Source of the DNA: Felis catus
Lineage: Eukaryota
NCBI RefSeq assembly: GCF_018350175.1
Contig: NC_058368.1
Location: 231,820,001 to 231,884,000, forward strand
DNA length: 64,000 nucleotides
Direction of reading: 5' to 3'
Shown one piece after another: positions 25,800 through 38,451 of the stretch (its first letter is position 1; each line of letters starts with the position of its first letter). A program made the position numbers and the translations under genes. A model generated the notes under the pieces. It saw only the letters and a list, made by a program, of their open reading frames with translations, did not search any database and was not told the DNA's origin.

Positions 25800-26746
25800 A
25801 AGAAGTATTTCTTAAATGACAAATGTACATTGAATTTCATAGAAGTACATTAAGTAGCTATTGAAATGATCATATGGTTTTTCTTCTTAATTCTGAAGAG
25901 GTGATTTATATCGATATATTTTCTAATGATAAAACATCCTTGAATTGGGGGGAGTTTGGCCTATCATTTTTCCATGCACTGGAATAACTTTTATAAACTA
26001 GGGATTAAATTGTGCCTTGAATATTTGGTAGAATCTTCCTAGAAAATCACCCATCTTGTTTATTTTACTTGCTGTTTGCTTACTGACTCAGTTTCTTTAC
26101 TGGTGATAAATGTATTTGGATTTCACTTTTTTAGTTTCCTGAAGCTAAATTTCTCGTGAATTATATACCTTGCCAGATGTTTGCTTATTTTATTGGTATT
26201 TTATTATTTTTTAAACAGCTTAGTTTTGCTGTCTTGTAACTTTGTAGTTTATCTTATTAATATGTGATATTAATAACTATGTTCTTTCCCTTGCTTTGTT
26301 CCTAATGAGTTGGGCATTTGTCTTGTTAATTTCAGCGCCTCTTTCCTAATACAAGTGCTCAAGGCTAAATTTCTCTGTAAATACTACTTTAGCTACATTA
26401 TGTAAGTTTTAAATGTCCCATTTTCATACAACATATGAAGTTTCCTGACTTCCATTACCATTTCTTTGTCACACATACTACTGGCAATGTGGCTTACAAC
26501 TGACAAATGTAAGTTTTCTCAATTATTTTTAAATTATTAATTTGTACCCTAATCGCATGATGCAGATTATTCAAAATTCACCGAGGCTTGCTTTGTGGCC
26601 CCAGACTTGCTTAAGTTTTGTAAATCTTGCCGGAGTATTTAGTACTTCTATTAGAATAATTTTGCTAATTGCTTTTTTCAGGATATCTAAATTCATACTA
26701 TTTTTCCCCTTGGATTTATCAATTAGTGGCAGGAATGTGCTTCATC

Positions 26747-26759
26747 ATATATGTGTGTG

Positions 26760-26792
<33 letters not shown>

Positions 26793-26803
26793 ATGTATAT
26801 GTG
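26747..26803. repeat. (TA)/(TG) compound microsatellite
   Basis: Read directly from sequence. Confidence 0.9.
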
Positions 26804-26820
26804 TTTTATTGTTTTATCCT

Positions 26821-27011
26821 TTTGTTTTTGTTAAAGTTCATTTATTCTGAGAGAGACAGACAGAGAGGGAGAGAGAAAGGGCGAGAATCCCAAGCAGGCT
26901 CTGCACTGTCAGCACAGACCTTATGTGGGCTCGATCTCATAAACCTGGGAGATCATGACATGAGCTGAAATAGAGTCAGGTGCTTAACTGACTGAGCTAC
27001 CCAGGTGTCCC
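26821..27011 (-). mobile_element. Can-SINE (older, diverged)
   Basis: GAGAATCCCAAGCAGGCTCTGCACTGTCAGCACAG..GAGCTACCCAGGTGTCCC. Confidence 0.9.
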
Positions 27012-27739
27012 TACCTTTTATATTTTGAAGCCATTTTGTTAGTTGCATACATATTTGTATTTCCTAATGAGCTGAATTTTTTTCGATGGTGAATATTTTT
27101 ACTGAGAAAGAATTTTGTTTTAGAATCCAGTTTTCTGATATTGGGATTTGTAAACTAGTTTTATTGTGACTGATATTTGCCTGATGTATCTTTTCCCATC
27201 GTATTTCTCTGCATTCTGCTATAATGCAATGTTACGAGGTTACCAATTTCTACTAGTTCTTTCCACTCTGCAATTTTTTTTCCATTTCTGTCTTCCTTCT
27301 CTTTCCAGCCTTTTACTGGATTGATCAAATTCCCTTATTTCATCTTTTTTTCCTCTCTACTGTTTAATAAGATTGTACCCATTGCTGTTCTTCTGCAATT
27401 ACTATTACTCTCCCTGGCATTTTAACAAGTGTGTTTGAGTTAAATTCTAAAGTTAATATTTCCACTCTTCCCTGGACCTCACTCTCTTCCCCTGAATGAC
27501 CCCGTTTCTCGTTAAGTCACTAATCATCCTTTAAATGTCAGCTCAAATGCCATTTTGTTGATGATGCTTGTCCTGAAAGGACAGGGATCTTCTCGGTCTC
27601 TCTCTATTCTGTTCCTAATGTGCGGCCATATGCTGGGCACATGCTATGCAACAATCCTGGTTGAAAGAGGGAAAGCAAAGAATGAGGGAGGGGAGGAGGG
27701 AAGACAGCAGGGACCTGATAAATCCAGAACAGAAACAAT

Positions 27740-28170
27740 GCTGGATAGACAAAAGGGAATGTTATTTCTTTCTCATGTTACGGTTTGGAGCTAGGCTATT
27801 CTAGGCTGACATGGGGGTTCCATAGGGTCACCAGGCATTTAGGCTCTATTTTTTAGCTCTACTGTCTTTGTCTCATGGTTTGTATCATCAAGGTTACCTT
27901 ACAGTCCAGGATGGTGGCTGGAACTTCAGCTACCACAATCAAGTTCCAGGCAGAAATCCCCATGGAGAGGGAAAGGCACGAAAAATCATGGTGTTCATCG
28001 TTGGCCCCTTTTATGAAGCTGTACTTGGAGCTGCACCCACTTACGTCTTATTTGTCACAGTTAAGTTCCATGGTCTCACCTAGCTTCAGGAATTTCTTTT
28101 TTAAGCTGGGCAGATTGCAATTCAAATAAAATCAAGGAAGTCTGTGTTATTAAGGACCATTTGGATTGCT
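27740..28170 (-). mobile_element. MLT1-family LTR relic
   Basis: TTATTTCTTTCTCATGT, AGTCCAGGATGGTGGCTGGA, CATGGTCTCACCTAGCT motifs. Confidence 0.45.
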
Positions 28171-29549
28171 GTTTGAAGATGGTCACTGAGCTGTGCGTTA
28201 TAGACTGAGAGCCACAGGGAGACCAGTATGAGGTGGTGGGATTCGGGGTGAGAGAAGTTGACATTCTGAATTAAGGCAACAGCAACAGGAATGAAAGGAA
28301 GGGTCTGTAATGAGACTTGACAGATGGGCAACAGGACCCTTGACAGCTCGTCTCCCCACTGATTTGCTGCAGGATTCAGGAGACACTTTGCCCATTGGTT
28401 CAATTTCACTTAGTAGATACTCTTTTCATTGAACTCAAGGTCATTATGAGTTAATCTCCTCGTTGAATGATGGAATAAAGAGGCAGACCAAATTGTATTT
28501 TATTCCTAAATCTATGTAGGACTCACATTATTTTTGAAAATCTATTTCCAAAGGGACTGAGTTCCCCCCAAAGCTCTATTTCCAAAGACAGAGGAATAAA
28601 AAGAACATGGATTCCAGCATAGCAACTATTTGCTTGTAGATACGAGATACATACAAGGCCCAATGTCAGAAAATATCACTTAGGAAACCATACGGATGCT
28701 TATTTCCATGCTATAAACCATCTGTATTTCCTCTAGGTATTCCAAGAATCTTTTAAACCTAGCTTCTTCCTTCTCCCCATACTATACTTATTAAAAAAAA
28801 AAATGACTTCAGGTGTTTTGAGCATGGATATTTTTTACTTTTTCTTTTTTTTTTTTTTTTAACGGAAATTGGGTTGGTAGAAATTCAACCATAAAGAAAA
28901 GGCAAAAATACTTCCAGATCTCTAATCTACTTTGGTCCTCTGGATACACAGAAGTAAAAGCAAAAGTTTTACTAAAGTAAAACTAAAGTAAAATGCAGTG
29001 TCTTTCGTTAACAGGCCCTTCCTGGAAGCAAGATGAATTACTAAACTTTTCTGAGTGAAAACTAAGTGAGCACTTCTCCTTGAATGTAGCCTCGGGCTGT
29101 TGTATCCTTCAGTTTTTGCAGTGGCTCTTAGCAGGCGGGCTTTAAGTAGGCTGCCTCCCTGAATGTAGCCATGAGGCGTTTTTCACCTGTGGAATTAATT
29201 CCAGGGCGTTCCCAGATAAGAACTCACCTGGGTCGTGTGAAGGTCAAGCTGTGCTGGGTCAACCTCCACCGCCCAGGTGCCAGGGGCAAAGCATGTTTCT
29301 CTGACCAGACAAGGGAAGCTCGAGGCAGGCTCTGGATGGACTCGGGTGGAAACTTAGAGAAATGGAGAGGACGAGTGTCCAGGGCGCAGACTGGCAGAGG
29401 GCTGAGAGCAGGTGCCCACAGAGAGGATCCAGTCCTTCTATGTAAGGTCCGGGCACCTGCCCCTTGTACGGTGCCCACATATGCTCCTTCTCACATGTGC
29501 CAGACATATTTTCTTTCTCTTGCGTCCTGGTTTCCGGGCTGCTGTTCTT

Positions 29550-29769
29550 TTTTTTAATTTTTTTTTTTCAACGTTTATTTATTTTTGGGACAGAGAGACA
29601 GAGTATGAACAGGGGAGGGGCAGAGAGAGAGGGAGACACAGAATTGGAAACAGGCTCCAGGCTCTGAGCCATCAGCCCAGAGCCCGACGCGGGGCTCGAA
29701 CTCACGGACTGCGAGATCGTGACCTGGCGGAAGTCGGACGCTTAACCGACTGCGCCACCCAGGCGCCCC
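29550..29769 (-). mobile_element. Young Felis-type Can-SINE
   Basis: Perfect 17-bp TSD TCCGGGCTGCTGTTCTT at 29533 and 29770. Confidence 0.97.
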
Positions 29770-30877
29770 TCCGGGCTGCTGTTCTTGAATAAAACTGGTC
29801 TGCTTACAGGGGAGCGGGCTGCTACATAAAGGGCGGTGGTGAGCCTTTCTTGGGTAAAAGAACCCTAAAGAGTTTCTGGTGAAGCTCCAGGGACTTGAGT
29901 AGGGGCTGAGGACACCCTAAGCTCTGCCGACCCGGAGACTCCTCACCTCTCAAAACTTAAGTCTGCATCACCTGTAGCCGTAATCATGGGTCTTTACATA
30001 CGTGAACAGCAAAGAGCACTAGGCAATCCTAGCGTGGCATAAAATGGCCTATCTTTTCACCAAAATGTGGCCATCTGCAAACAAAGAAACACTGATGGGG
30101 TTGATCAGATGATCCAGCAGTTCAATGAATCCTTAAAAGCCATGGATCTAAAAGAAAGAAGACCGGGGAGCAAGAACACTGTGGTTGAGGACTGTGATAT
30201 GTCGTCCCTGGCTCCTCTGTAGGAAAAGCCAGTGACGATGCAGACGCCTGGAGACCACGATTTCCGGACGGAGGTTTTTCATGACATTCACACTATCTCC
30301 TCGTGGCGTAAAGATCACAAATATCCAGGTTTCCCTTTGAGGGCGTTCCTGACCTACGGCCACATCTTCGCCTCTTCTGGGTGGCGATCTGGGCTCCGCT
30401 CCACAGAGGAGGCAGGGCAGCGGCGTGGCTGGAATTCAGTCGGAAGGGAGAGACACAAAGAGGGGACAACACTGGTTACTTATTTCAGAGACGTAAGAGA
30501 TCCCCCACATCTCGACACAGAAATTAAGGTGAATCAGGAAATGGATGGCGTTTTTCAAGTCACATGAAATCAGCGCCCCACGGTTCATCATTTTCACCAA
30601 GTGTTGGGCTAGGTTTCTCATATATATATTTTTTTACATTATGTGCATGGCTCATCAAAATCAGTGCAAGGAGAGCTCTCATTTTATCCTGAAAAGAAGA
30701 GAACTAAACAGTTTTGTTTTGAAATTACCACCTCTAGCTTTACGGTACGATGAGAGGCAGCTTCATGTAGGTAGTTCTTCAATGAGGAATGACTTCTCAA
30801 AGAAAGAAAAAAAAACCTCAGAAATTTCATTTGGAAAAAGGAAACATCTATGGATTCTTTAAAATAATCTTCTTTGT

Positions 30878-31090
30878 GGGGCGCCTGGGTGGCACAGTCG
30901 GTTAAGCGTCCGACTTCAGCCAGGTCACGATCTCGCGGTCCGTGAGTTCGAGCCCCGCATCAGGCTCTGGGCTGATGGCTCGTAGCCTGGAGCCTGTTTC
31001 CGATTCTGTGTCTCTCTCTCTCTCTGCCCCTCCCCCGTTCATGCTCTGTCTCTCTCTGTCCGAAAAATAAATAAACGTTGAAAAAAAAAT
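30878..31090 (+). mobile_element. Young Felis-type Can-SINE
   Basis: Perfect 17-bp TSD AAAATAATCTTCTTTGT at 30861 and 31091. Confidence 0.97.
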
Positions 31091-31122
31091 AAAATAATCT
31101 TCTTTGTGAAGAGCCTACTTCT

Positions 31123-31307
31123 GGAGCGCCTGGGTGGCTCAGTCGGTTGAGCGTCCGGCTCTTGGTTTCTGCCCTGGTCATGATCTCACCGTTCATGAGT
31201 TTGGAGTTCATGAGTGTGGAGCCTGCTTGGAATTCTTCCTCCTCTCTCCCTCTCTCTCTTCCCCTCCTCTGCTCTGTCTCAAAATAAACTTAAAAAAAAA
31301 AAAAAAA
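31123..31307 (+). mobile_element. Can-SINE (older, internally rearranged)
   Basis: TSD AAGAGCCTAC(T/C)TCT at 31109 and 31308; 15-bp internal duplication at 31191-31220. Confidence 0.9.
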
Positions 31308-33129
31308 AAGAGCCTACCTCTGTGCTGGGCCCCCCGCGAGGGTCTCACTTTCATCGCCTCCTATCTCCTTCATGCCAACAGAGGACACACTTACCAGCAG
31401 GTTGGTTTGAGCTCCAGATGAAAAGACTAGCTCAGAGAAGTAAAGGGGCTTTCCCCAGGTAACAAGGTGAAATCACCAGCAGTGTGGGTCCATTTCACTT
31501 TAAACTAAGGATGCACGATCTCATTCTTATTATTAATTTGCTTGCAATTCGTTATCATGAAATATACACATTCTAACTGCTTCCTTATAGCCCGTACATT
31601 GCATATAAAATCGACTCCCGCCCCACATACACATAAAGTTACATATTAAACATGATGCTATGATCCCTCCTGGGGTATGGTGTAGAAAGGTATTTTCTTC
31701 CCAGTGCTTAACTCTCTATATGCCAAGCATTTTTTTTGAAAGTGTGCAGGCCTTTAACTGTAATGATGTTGAGGTGCACTGACAAGGATTAGCTAAACAC
31801 ACGGGTCCTCATTTCTGCCTCCCTTTTTCCTGATGGCTGGGGCTCTACAGGTCCCCTCACTCACTCAAAGGCTGCAAGGTCAGGCGTAAGGTAGTGTCGT
31901 CCCTCCGCTTCCTCCAACTCCCCAGGAGCAGAACAGCCAGGCTAGACCTTGCCCAGCCTCCTCCCAGGGAGGGCTTCAAGGCCCTTGTGCCACGTAGGCA
32001 GAAGAATCAATGGGAAGGTTAGGAAGGAGCAAGTGTCCTTCGTGCCAAGCCCAGAAGGAAGTGTTAAGCTTTCCATTAAGTCTCCAGGAGCCAGGCAGCT
32101 GCCCTGCACCAGGCGGAGTGCCCCCAGCACAACTCAGGAAACAATCCTTCTTCAAAGAGGCCCTCCAACACTGACATTTCCTCTGGATGTCTTACAGGAA
32201 ATCCGAGTGAGCCCTTGAGTACCCGCCGTGAGAGAGAGAAACTGGAGATTTGGGGCTGGGTTGAGCTTCCACGGAAACCTTCGGAATTGCTTTTATGAAA
32301 AGCAATTCAGAATTATCTTTTATATAAAAAATATTTCTAGACGATAAAGACAAATCAATGTCACTTTGTATTTGTTTCTATTGTCCTCCTCTTGGATCTG
32401 CGTGGCTACTGCGTGAGCCACGACGCCTCACAGCCAGGGATGTGTTCTTTGTTTTAGAGATGAGCTCACTGGCACAGTTAGGGCACACCGGGCCCTTCCG
32501 CGTCAGACAAATCCCAAGAACCAGACCCTGTAGCGGTTGTGTGAATGTGGGCCATAGGGGCATCCTATGTCACTGCAGAGGGGACAGCGGTGGGAGCATT
32601 CATGCACTTCCTTATGCAAGGGAAACTTCAAAGCCACCTTCTGAGGCAAATGAGGCCGAGATCTGGATAAACAGGGCCCTGAGATACCGTTCCCCACCCC
32701 CATCCAGAGGGAAGAGTCACCCCCGACCCCTCTGGGTTCCAAACGGAAGTTTTGCAACAAAGTATCAAATTCTAGGCGTTTTGAAAAGTACTATGCTTTC
32801 CAGTCATGAATCTTTTCACTTTTACACTTGCTCCACAGGCCGAAAGATCCGACAAAAGTGCAACAAGTAACATTTGGTCCAGAATTGGACAAGTTGACTT
32901 TATCCCTCCGAGGCTTTCTTTTCCGCGTGGCTCCCTGGGGAGCCCCCTGACTTGCCTCCCTTGGTTGGTCGGATTTGTTCATTTCTCTAACTTCATTCCA
33001 CTGAAGTTCAGCCGAACTAGCCGGGAGGTGCACCCTAAAATAGCTCCTCCAAGAACCCGAAGCAACCCTCGGTCTTTTAGGAGTTTCCAGCTCAGAGCAC
33101 ACATGTGGATGTCACACAAAACGAACAAA

Positions 33130-35180
33130 ATCACAAACTCGGAGTCCCGGAGGCCCAGGCCGCCCCTGCCCACCCCCCCCCACCCCCCGCCCACATGGCC
33201 AGATTCGGCCGGGGGACGCGCACGTACCTGGAGATGAGGCCGGCAGGGTGGGCGCGCCACGTCTCGGGTCTCGGCCCGCGAGGTCTCCCGCCCTTTATAC
33301 CTTCTTCCCCCCACCCCACCCCCTGCCTCCAGGAGCCACGTCTGAGAGGCCGGATGGGGGGGGCGGGGAGCCACAGAAGGTCTCTGCGAGGCGGGGGAAA
33401 GGGAGTCACCGAAAAGTCAACGCTCGGGCGCACTCGCAACAGGGAGGAAGGAGGGGGGCCGCTGGGGTGCAGGGGGCAAGCGGGCGAGGAGGGGGTCCCG
33501 TCCCGGGAAGGGCAGCGGCGGGGGCGGGGCCCGGGGAGGTCAGGCGCGGGGTGGGGCGCTCGGGTTTCACCCGCGCGGGGAGGGGAGGAGGAGGCGCGGC
33601 GGCGGGGGCGGGGCCGGGGCGGGGCGGGGGGCGGGGCGAGGCGGCCCCGAGCTCCCGCCCCGAGCTCCCCGCCCGCGCGCCCCGCGCCTCTCTACTCGCC
33701 GGGAAGGCGGCGCCGGCGGCGGCTGCTCTCGCTGAGCCCGCTCCCGCGCAGCGTCCTCCCGCCGCGGGTGGGCTCCGCAGCCCCCTGCCGGCCGCGGCCC
33801 TCGCCTGGCGGCGGCTCCCACCCTCCGCAGGCGCGGCCCGGCCCGTGTGGCCCTTCCCGGGGGGCTCCCCTCTCCGACCCGTGGCTGCCTGGCAGAGCTG
33901 GCTCCGGCACCCAACTTTGCCTTTCCCGGTCCGTCGCCCCCGCTGAGCACGAACCTGCTCACCCCCGGCCCGGCTGCGCGCCCGGGAACCGTGCGCCCGG
34001 CGCTCAAACCGACGCCCCCAGCCCGGAGCGCAGCGAGCGGCGGGTGGGTTTGGGCAAGTGGTAACGGGGCTGAGGCGGCCGCTGCCTCGACTTCTCTCGC
34101 CGGGCACCGAAGAGGACCCTCAGAGCTGCTCGGGGCCTCAGGCGCCGGATGACTGGCAGGAGGAACGCGCCTCGCACCTGGTGAGCGACCCCCGCCCCGT
34201 CCCCGCGTGGCCGTGGCCGCAGCCCCGGCCGTGCAGCGTTGCTGGCCGCGACCCGGGGGCGGCAGTGGTCGGCGGGTGGGTCGTGTGGATCTCAGGTGGG
34301 GTCGGTCTGGCAGGCGCTGGGCGGGGGAGAGCCGGTGGCCGCGCGCACGGGATTAGGACGACCATCCGTGCGGGGCACCCACACTTGGGCTAGTGCACGG
34401 GCTGGAAGTTTGTGTCCCTGTCTTTGCCGAGGTCGGAGCGCGTTGAGGTAAGGAGCGGAAGCGACGCGGCGGGCGATCTGGCGTTGGCGAGGCGGGACCC
34501 CTACCCACCACCTAGGGAAGGTGCGCAGTGGGGGGCTGAGCGCGCACCCGGCGCGCGTCCGGGCTCGCGTAGTCGGGGGCGATGCGCTGGGGTCCCGGGG
34601 GCTTGGGCTTCGCAGCCCCGCCGGCTGGGGCAGATTTTCCTGTTCGAGTTACGGGGGCTTTGCGGCGCGTGTGAGAGACCGGGAGGCCGTGGGACTTGGG
34701 CTCAACTCCGCCAAGCGCTTTGCTTAATGAGGGAGAATGAGGCTGGGGCTGCCGGGGCCCGGGAGTGCCGGATGGTTTGCAGCGCCAGGCGAGTCCCTTT
34801 CCACGGGCATTTCTTCGCGGCTCCACGGTTTCGCATCCCCTGGCTCAGGATTTCGGAGCCGGAGGTACATCTGGGCCCCGGAGGGAACTGGTCCTCCAGA
34901 GATGTGCAGGGGAACCGTCGCCAAGGAGTGGACAGGGCTCCCTCCCCGCGGCGCCCAGTGCCCGGCCTAGCGCGGTCAGATCCGGATTCCCGGGGCTTTG
35001 GCGGGAAGCGCGTCTACCTCCTCGCCCTTTTTCCTTGCTTTGTACCTGGATGCGGCGGCTCAGAGTTGGGATTTAACTTTCCTGCGCCTGCGGCGTCCCG
35101 GGGATTGCCGGCAGGGGGCGCTGAGAGCGAGCACTGGAAGAGGGAGACAGGATGCTGAGAGCAGGTACTCTGGGCGAGTG
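33130..35180. promoter_or_regulatory. CpG-island promoter with clustered GC boxes
   Basis: About 2 kb of very GC- and CpG-rich, repeat-free sequence in a CpG-poor background; GGGGCGGGG boxes at 33521 and repeatedly at 33605-33637; G-rich to C-rich switch near 33640. Confidence 0.92.
33690..34180 (+). other. Probable first exon (mostly or wholly 5' UTR) of an unidentified gene
   Basis: Lies just downstream of the GC-box cluster and ends at consensus donor CTG|GTGAGC (34180/34181); start is inferred, not observed; no recognisable coding sequence. Confidence 0.55.
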
Positions 35181-35426
35181 GGTGGGGGTCCTAGTCAACA
35201 AACAAGGGGACTCGGAACATCTTGGGAGTTGGGGGGGGGTGGGGGGAGCTGATCCTTCAACCGAGGGAGCTGTCAGCCTTGCAAGAGACGCGACAGGAAA
35301 GGTGGTTGCCAAACACAAGTCTAGAGAAAGGTTCCTTCCAGAGACAAGCATATCCCTGCAAACTCTTCTGTCTATGCGTCTGGCTTCGTCCTTGGGATTA
35401 TTTACTCAAAGAAAAATAAATAAGTA

Positions 35427-35459
35427 AATAATGATAATAATAATAATAATAATAATAAT
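35427..35459. repeat. (AAT)n microsatellite
   Basis: Read directly from sequence. Confidence 0.9.
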
Positions 35460-38099
35460 GTGTTGTCAGTATGTTTTGTACTGACAAGGTTCTGTTCCTC
35501 TGGAGGATGTTAGTTAAAATGCCAGGAGTTATGCATGGTTGTGGCATCTTGCTTTCAAGAAAAGCAGTCGTATGTCACAGTTAGCTTATCGAGAAGAGCT
35601 CTGTCATAAAGGCCAAGTTTGGAAACAGCAGATATGTTTATTCATTCCACAGTTAGTCTTTCCTAAGTAGACACAGAAAGAAAAGAACATTCTTTACTAG
35701 GCAAGACTTGTCACATGTAATTAGGATTAAGTTAATTGCTAATTGTGCCAATTTTATAGTTGAAGAGGGGTTAATGTTTATCATGCACCCCTTTGAGTGA
35801 CCAGTTCCCAGTTTCAGTTCAGGGAGATAATACCTGGAATCGTGTATCACCCAAATAACTTTTCTGGTCTATGCCTGTGTTTGTATCAGAGGAAACAGGG
35901 AATTTTTTTTTTTTTATCCCAACCATTTTTCATTTTGTTTTTAAAGAAAAAGCAGTCTGAAATGTAATTGTTTGGGCCACTTGGAAGACAGATTTCTTTT
36001 TCCTTGAGTTTCTTTCTTGTAAAAACCTTACCACAAAATAGAAGCCCATCCACGGTGTTGAAAGTTCACACTAATCCTTTGTGCGCTCATGGAACCCAGG
36101 GGTGATGAACTGGTACCTGCTTTTACATGCTTTTAGTCTATGCATACTTTCCTTAATAGGGAGAAGATGGATGGTACTAATCATTTTGTGCCTTTTAGGA
36201 ATTACACTAACTTATTTGGTTGTTTTAATGGCAAACAGCTGCGAGATTCCTGCTGGGAGCAAAGACTTTGGTCTCTTGGGTGGTAAAGCTTGTCTGTGTC
36301 CAAAAGCAGTTTCTGAGATGTTCAGAATTTGGTAAAAATAAACCTGCATTCTTCACTGCCGTTTCCTTTTAAAATTGTTTCTTCAGCATGTCTGGATAGA
36401 ACGGAACATAGGAACATACAGTGCAATGGCTGTTAAAGTTGTCAGCTCTGGGGCCATAATGAATATATGCACATCAGAGTAAGCTTTCGCTTACGCTTTA
36501 GAGGGTTCACAAACCTTCTGAAGACCCATCCGTGGTTTTGCAGTAAGACCTCGTGCTTGAAAGTCACTGGAGACTCTTAATTCAGGGACAGATGTTAAAA
36601 CTGAAAAACTTTTCTTTGTTGTACGCTAGCTCCTTGGGACTATGTTGAATGCTCTTGGTGTTGGAGAGAGCTGCTTAACTGAATCATTGCATAATTTTTA
36701 TTAGCTTGATAAGTGTTTTGAATGACTCCAACGTTGGTCTTTCTTTTGGGTTACAAGGTCATTGAGATGAAGGCTTTGGTTGTGATAAACATACAGGAAA
36801 GTGGGAGTGGGTGAAAAAGAACTTTGCTAAATGGCCAGCCCAAGGTATAAAAGGCAGTCCATCACCTAAGCAAGTAATTATGAACTCTAGAAATAACTGA
36901 GATAAGAACATAATCTCAGAAGGTTTGCATTGCCAATCATACAGTGTGCAAGATAGAACAAATTAGTTTAGAATATGTCTGAGTCTAGGAAGGCACTTCT
37001 GTAGTAGAATTTATGTACAAGTGTTTGAGAAAAGTAGTCCTGGATCCTGCAGTAAATCCTCTGTAATTCTTGATTCTAAAATTATACCAAAGTTGTATTA
37101 GAAATGCTTCTGAAATTGTTGCTATAGTTACTTAGACCAATTGCTTAGGGTATAATTATAACACCAAGGTGACAAATTTTTATGTTTAGTGTTAAATAAT
37201 TTTTAAAATGTAAATTACAGCATCTAACAAATTGAGTTCTGCCCAAGTGCAAAGTGTGTGGTGTGGAACCTTGTACATTTCTGCCCACCTGCATCTATTT
37301 GCAAATTTATGCAGAGAAAGTGAACTATTTTCTTGAGTCCTGAGATGAGTATATGTAAGTGCTTTGAGTTGTTTGTCCTACTTCGTGTATTGTTGTTGAC
37401 AACACAGACATTTTCACATATGTTTCCCAGCAACCTTTTAAAACTGAGACGCAGAAGCTTTGTCGAAAATTACCAGTTTTTATCACCCTGCTTGCTGCCT
37501 TGTAGAAATGATCTGCTGTAGATAGGGGGCAATCTGCTGTCTCTAATCCCTTCCCCAAGTGGTAGCATCATCATGGTAAATTCGACAGGTGAGGAATAGC
37601 TCGTAGGGAAGCAGTTTGAAGAAGCGGCTTTTGGTATGCTTGATAAATATATCGCTATTATTTCTTTGATGAAGTTGCTAGGTATTGGTTATCTGGATAT
37701 ATGAAATCGAATCCTAACAGCAAGACGAAGAAAAAAATTAAAGTGAGCTAGCATATACACAAGTAAACTTTTCACTTTCAACGAGCCTACCTAGAATTTG
37801 GAATTTAAGGCAAACGGAGTAAAGCAAACGAAAATTTGATCCAAGAGAAGATGGAGCATAAGTAGTTTATTGTAATGTACTGGTATCCACACGATTGATC
37901 TTTGCCATCTGCAGGTTGTGGAGCTAAGGAAACCTGTCTCTGGATTTCAGTGTTTTGAATCCAGGCGGCTTCAAAGACAAGTTGTATTTCACCTGGGGCA
38001 CGACGTTTACAATAGGATTAACCCAACAGTGGGCTCAAGAAAACAAATTTTTTTTTGAAAGGAATTGCTGCTTTCTTTTTCTTTTCCCTCTGTTGTTGT

Positions 38100-38101
38100 T
38101 T

Positions 38102-38155
<54 letters not shown>
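38100..38155. repeat. (TTTC)14 microsatellite
   Basis: Read directly from sequence. Confidence 0.95.
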
Positions 38156-38157
<2 letters not shown>

Positions 38158-38229
38158 TTTTGTTCAAGATAAATGGTTGCCTGGTAAGAGCAAAGATGGA
38201 CATACTTTATGTCTCTCTCCTGAGTTGTA

Positions 38230-38451
38230 TTTTTAAAAAAAAATTTTTTTTTCAACGTTTATTTTTGGGACAGAGAGAGACAGAGCATGAACCAGGGAGG
38301 GGCAGAGAGAGAGGGAGACACAGAATCGGAAACAGGCTCCAGGCTCTGAGCCATCAGCCCAGAGCCCGACGCGGGGCTCGAACTCACGGACCGCGAGATC
38401 GTGACCTGGCTGAAGTCGGACGCTTAACCGACTGCGCCACCCAGGCGCCCC
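38230..38451 (-). mobile_element. Young Felis-type Can-SINE
   Basis: Near-consensus, CpG intact; short flanking repeat TGAGTT at 38221 and 38452. Confidence 0.96.

Larger units (their letters stand above)
23385..27480 (-). mobile_element. Ancient L1 (L1M-type) relic, interrupted by three SINEs and a microsatellite
   Basis: Long T-rich tract with reverse L1 motifs (TTTTGATTGGATCTCCATTGTATTTATGGATGAATTTGGGGAG; TTGAAATGATCATATGGTTTTTCT); boundaries approximate. Confidence 0.6.

Noticed and set aside
33690..34180. Assigning a gene symbol to the promoter
   Set aside because: No coding exon in the window and I do not recognise the UTR; needs BLAST.
33105..35158. Long overlapping ORFs (up to 319 aa) on both strands in the CpG island
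   Set aside because: Arg/Gly/Pro/Ala-rich translations are expected from stop-poor GC-rich DNA; no recognisable domain.
35463..35487. Hairpin TTGTCAGTA..TACTGACAA as a structured RNA or miRNA
   Set aside because: 9-bp stem only; too short and expected by chance.
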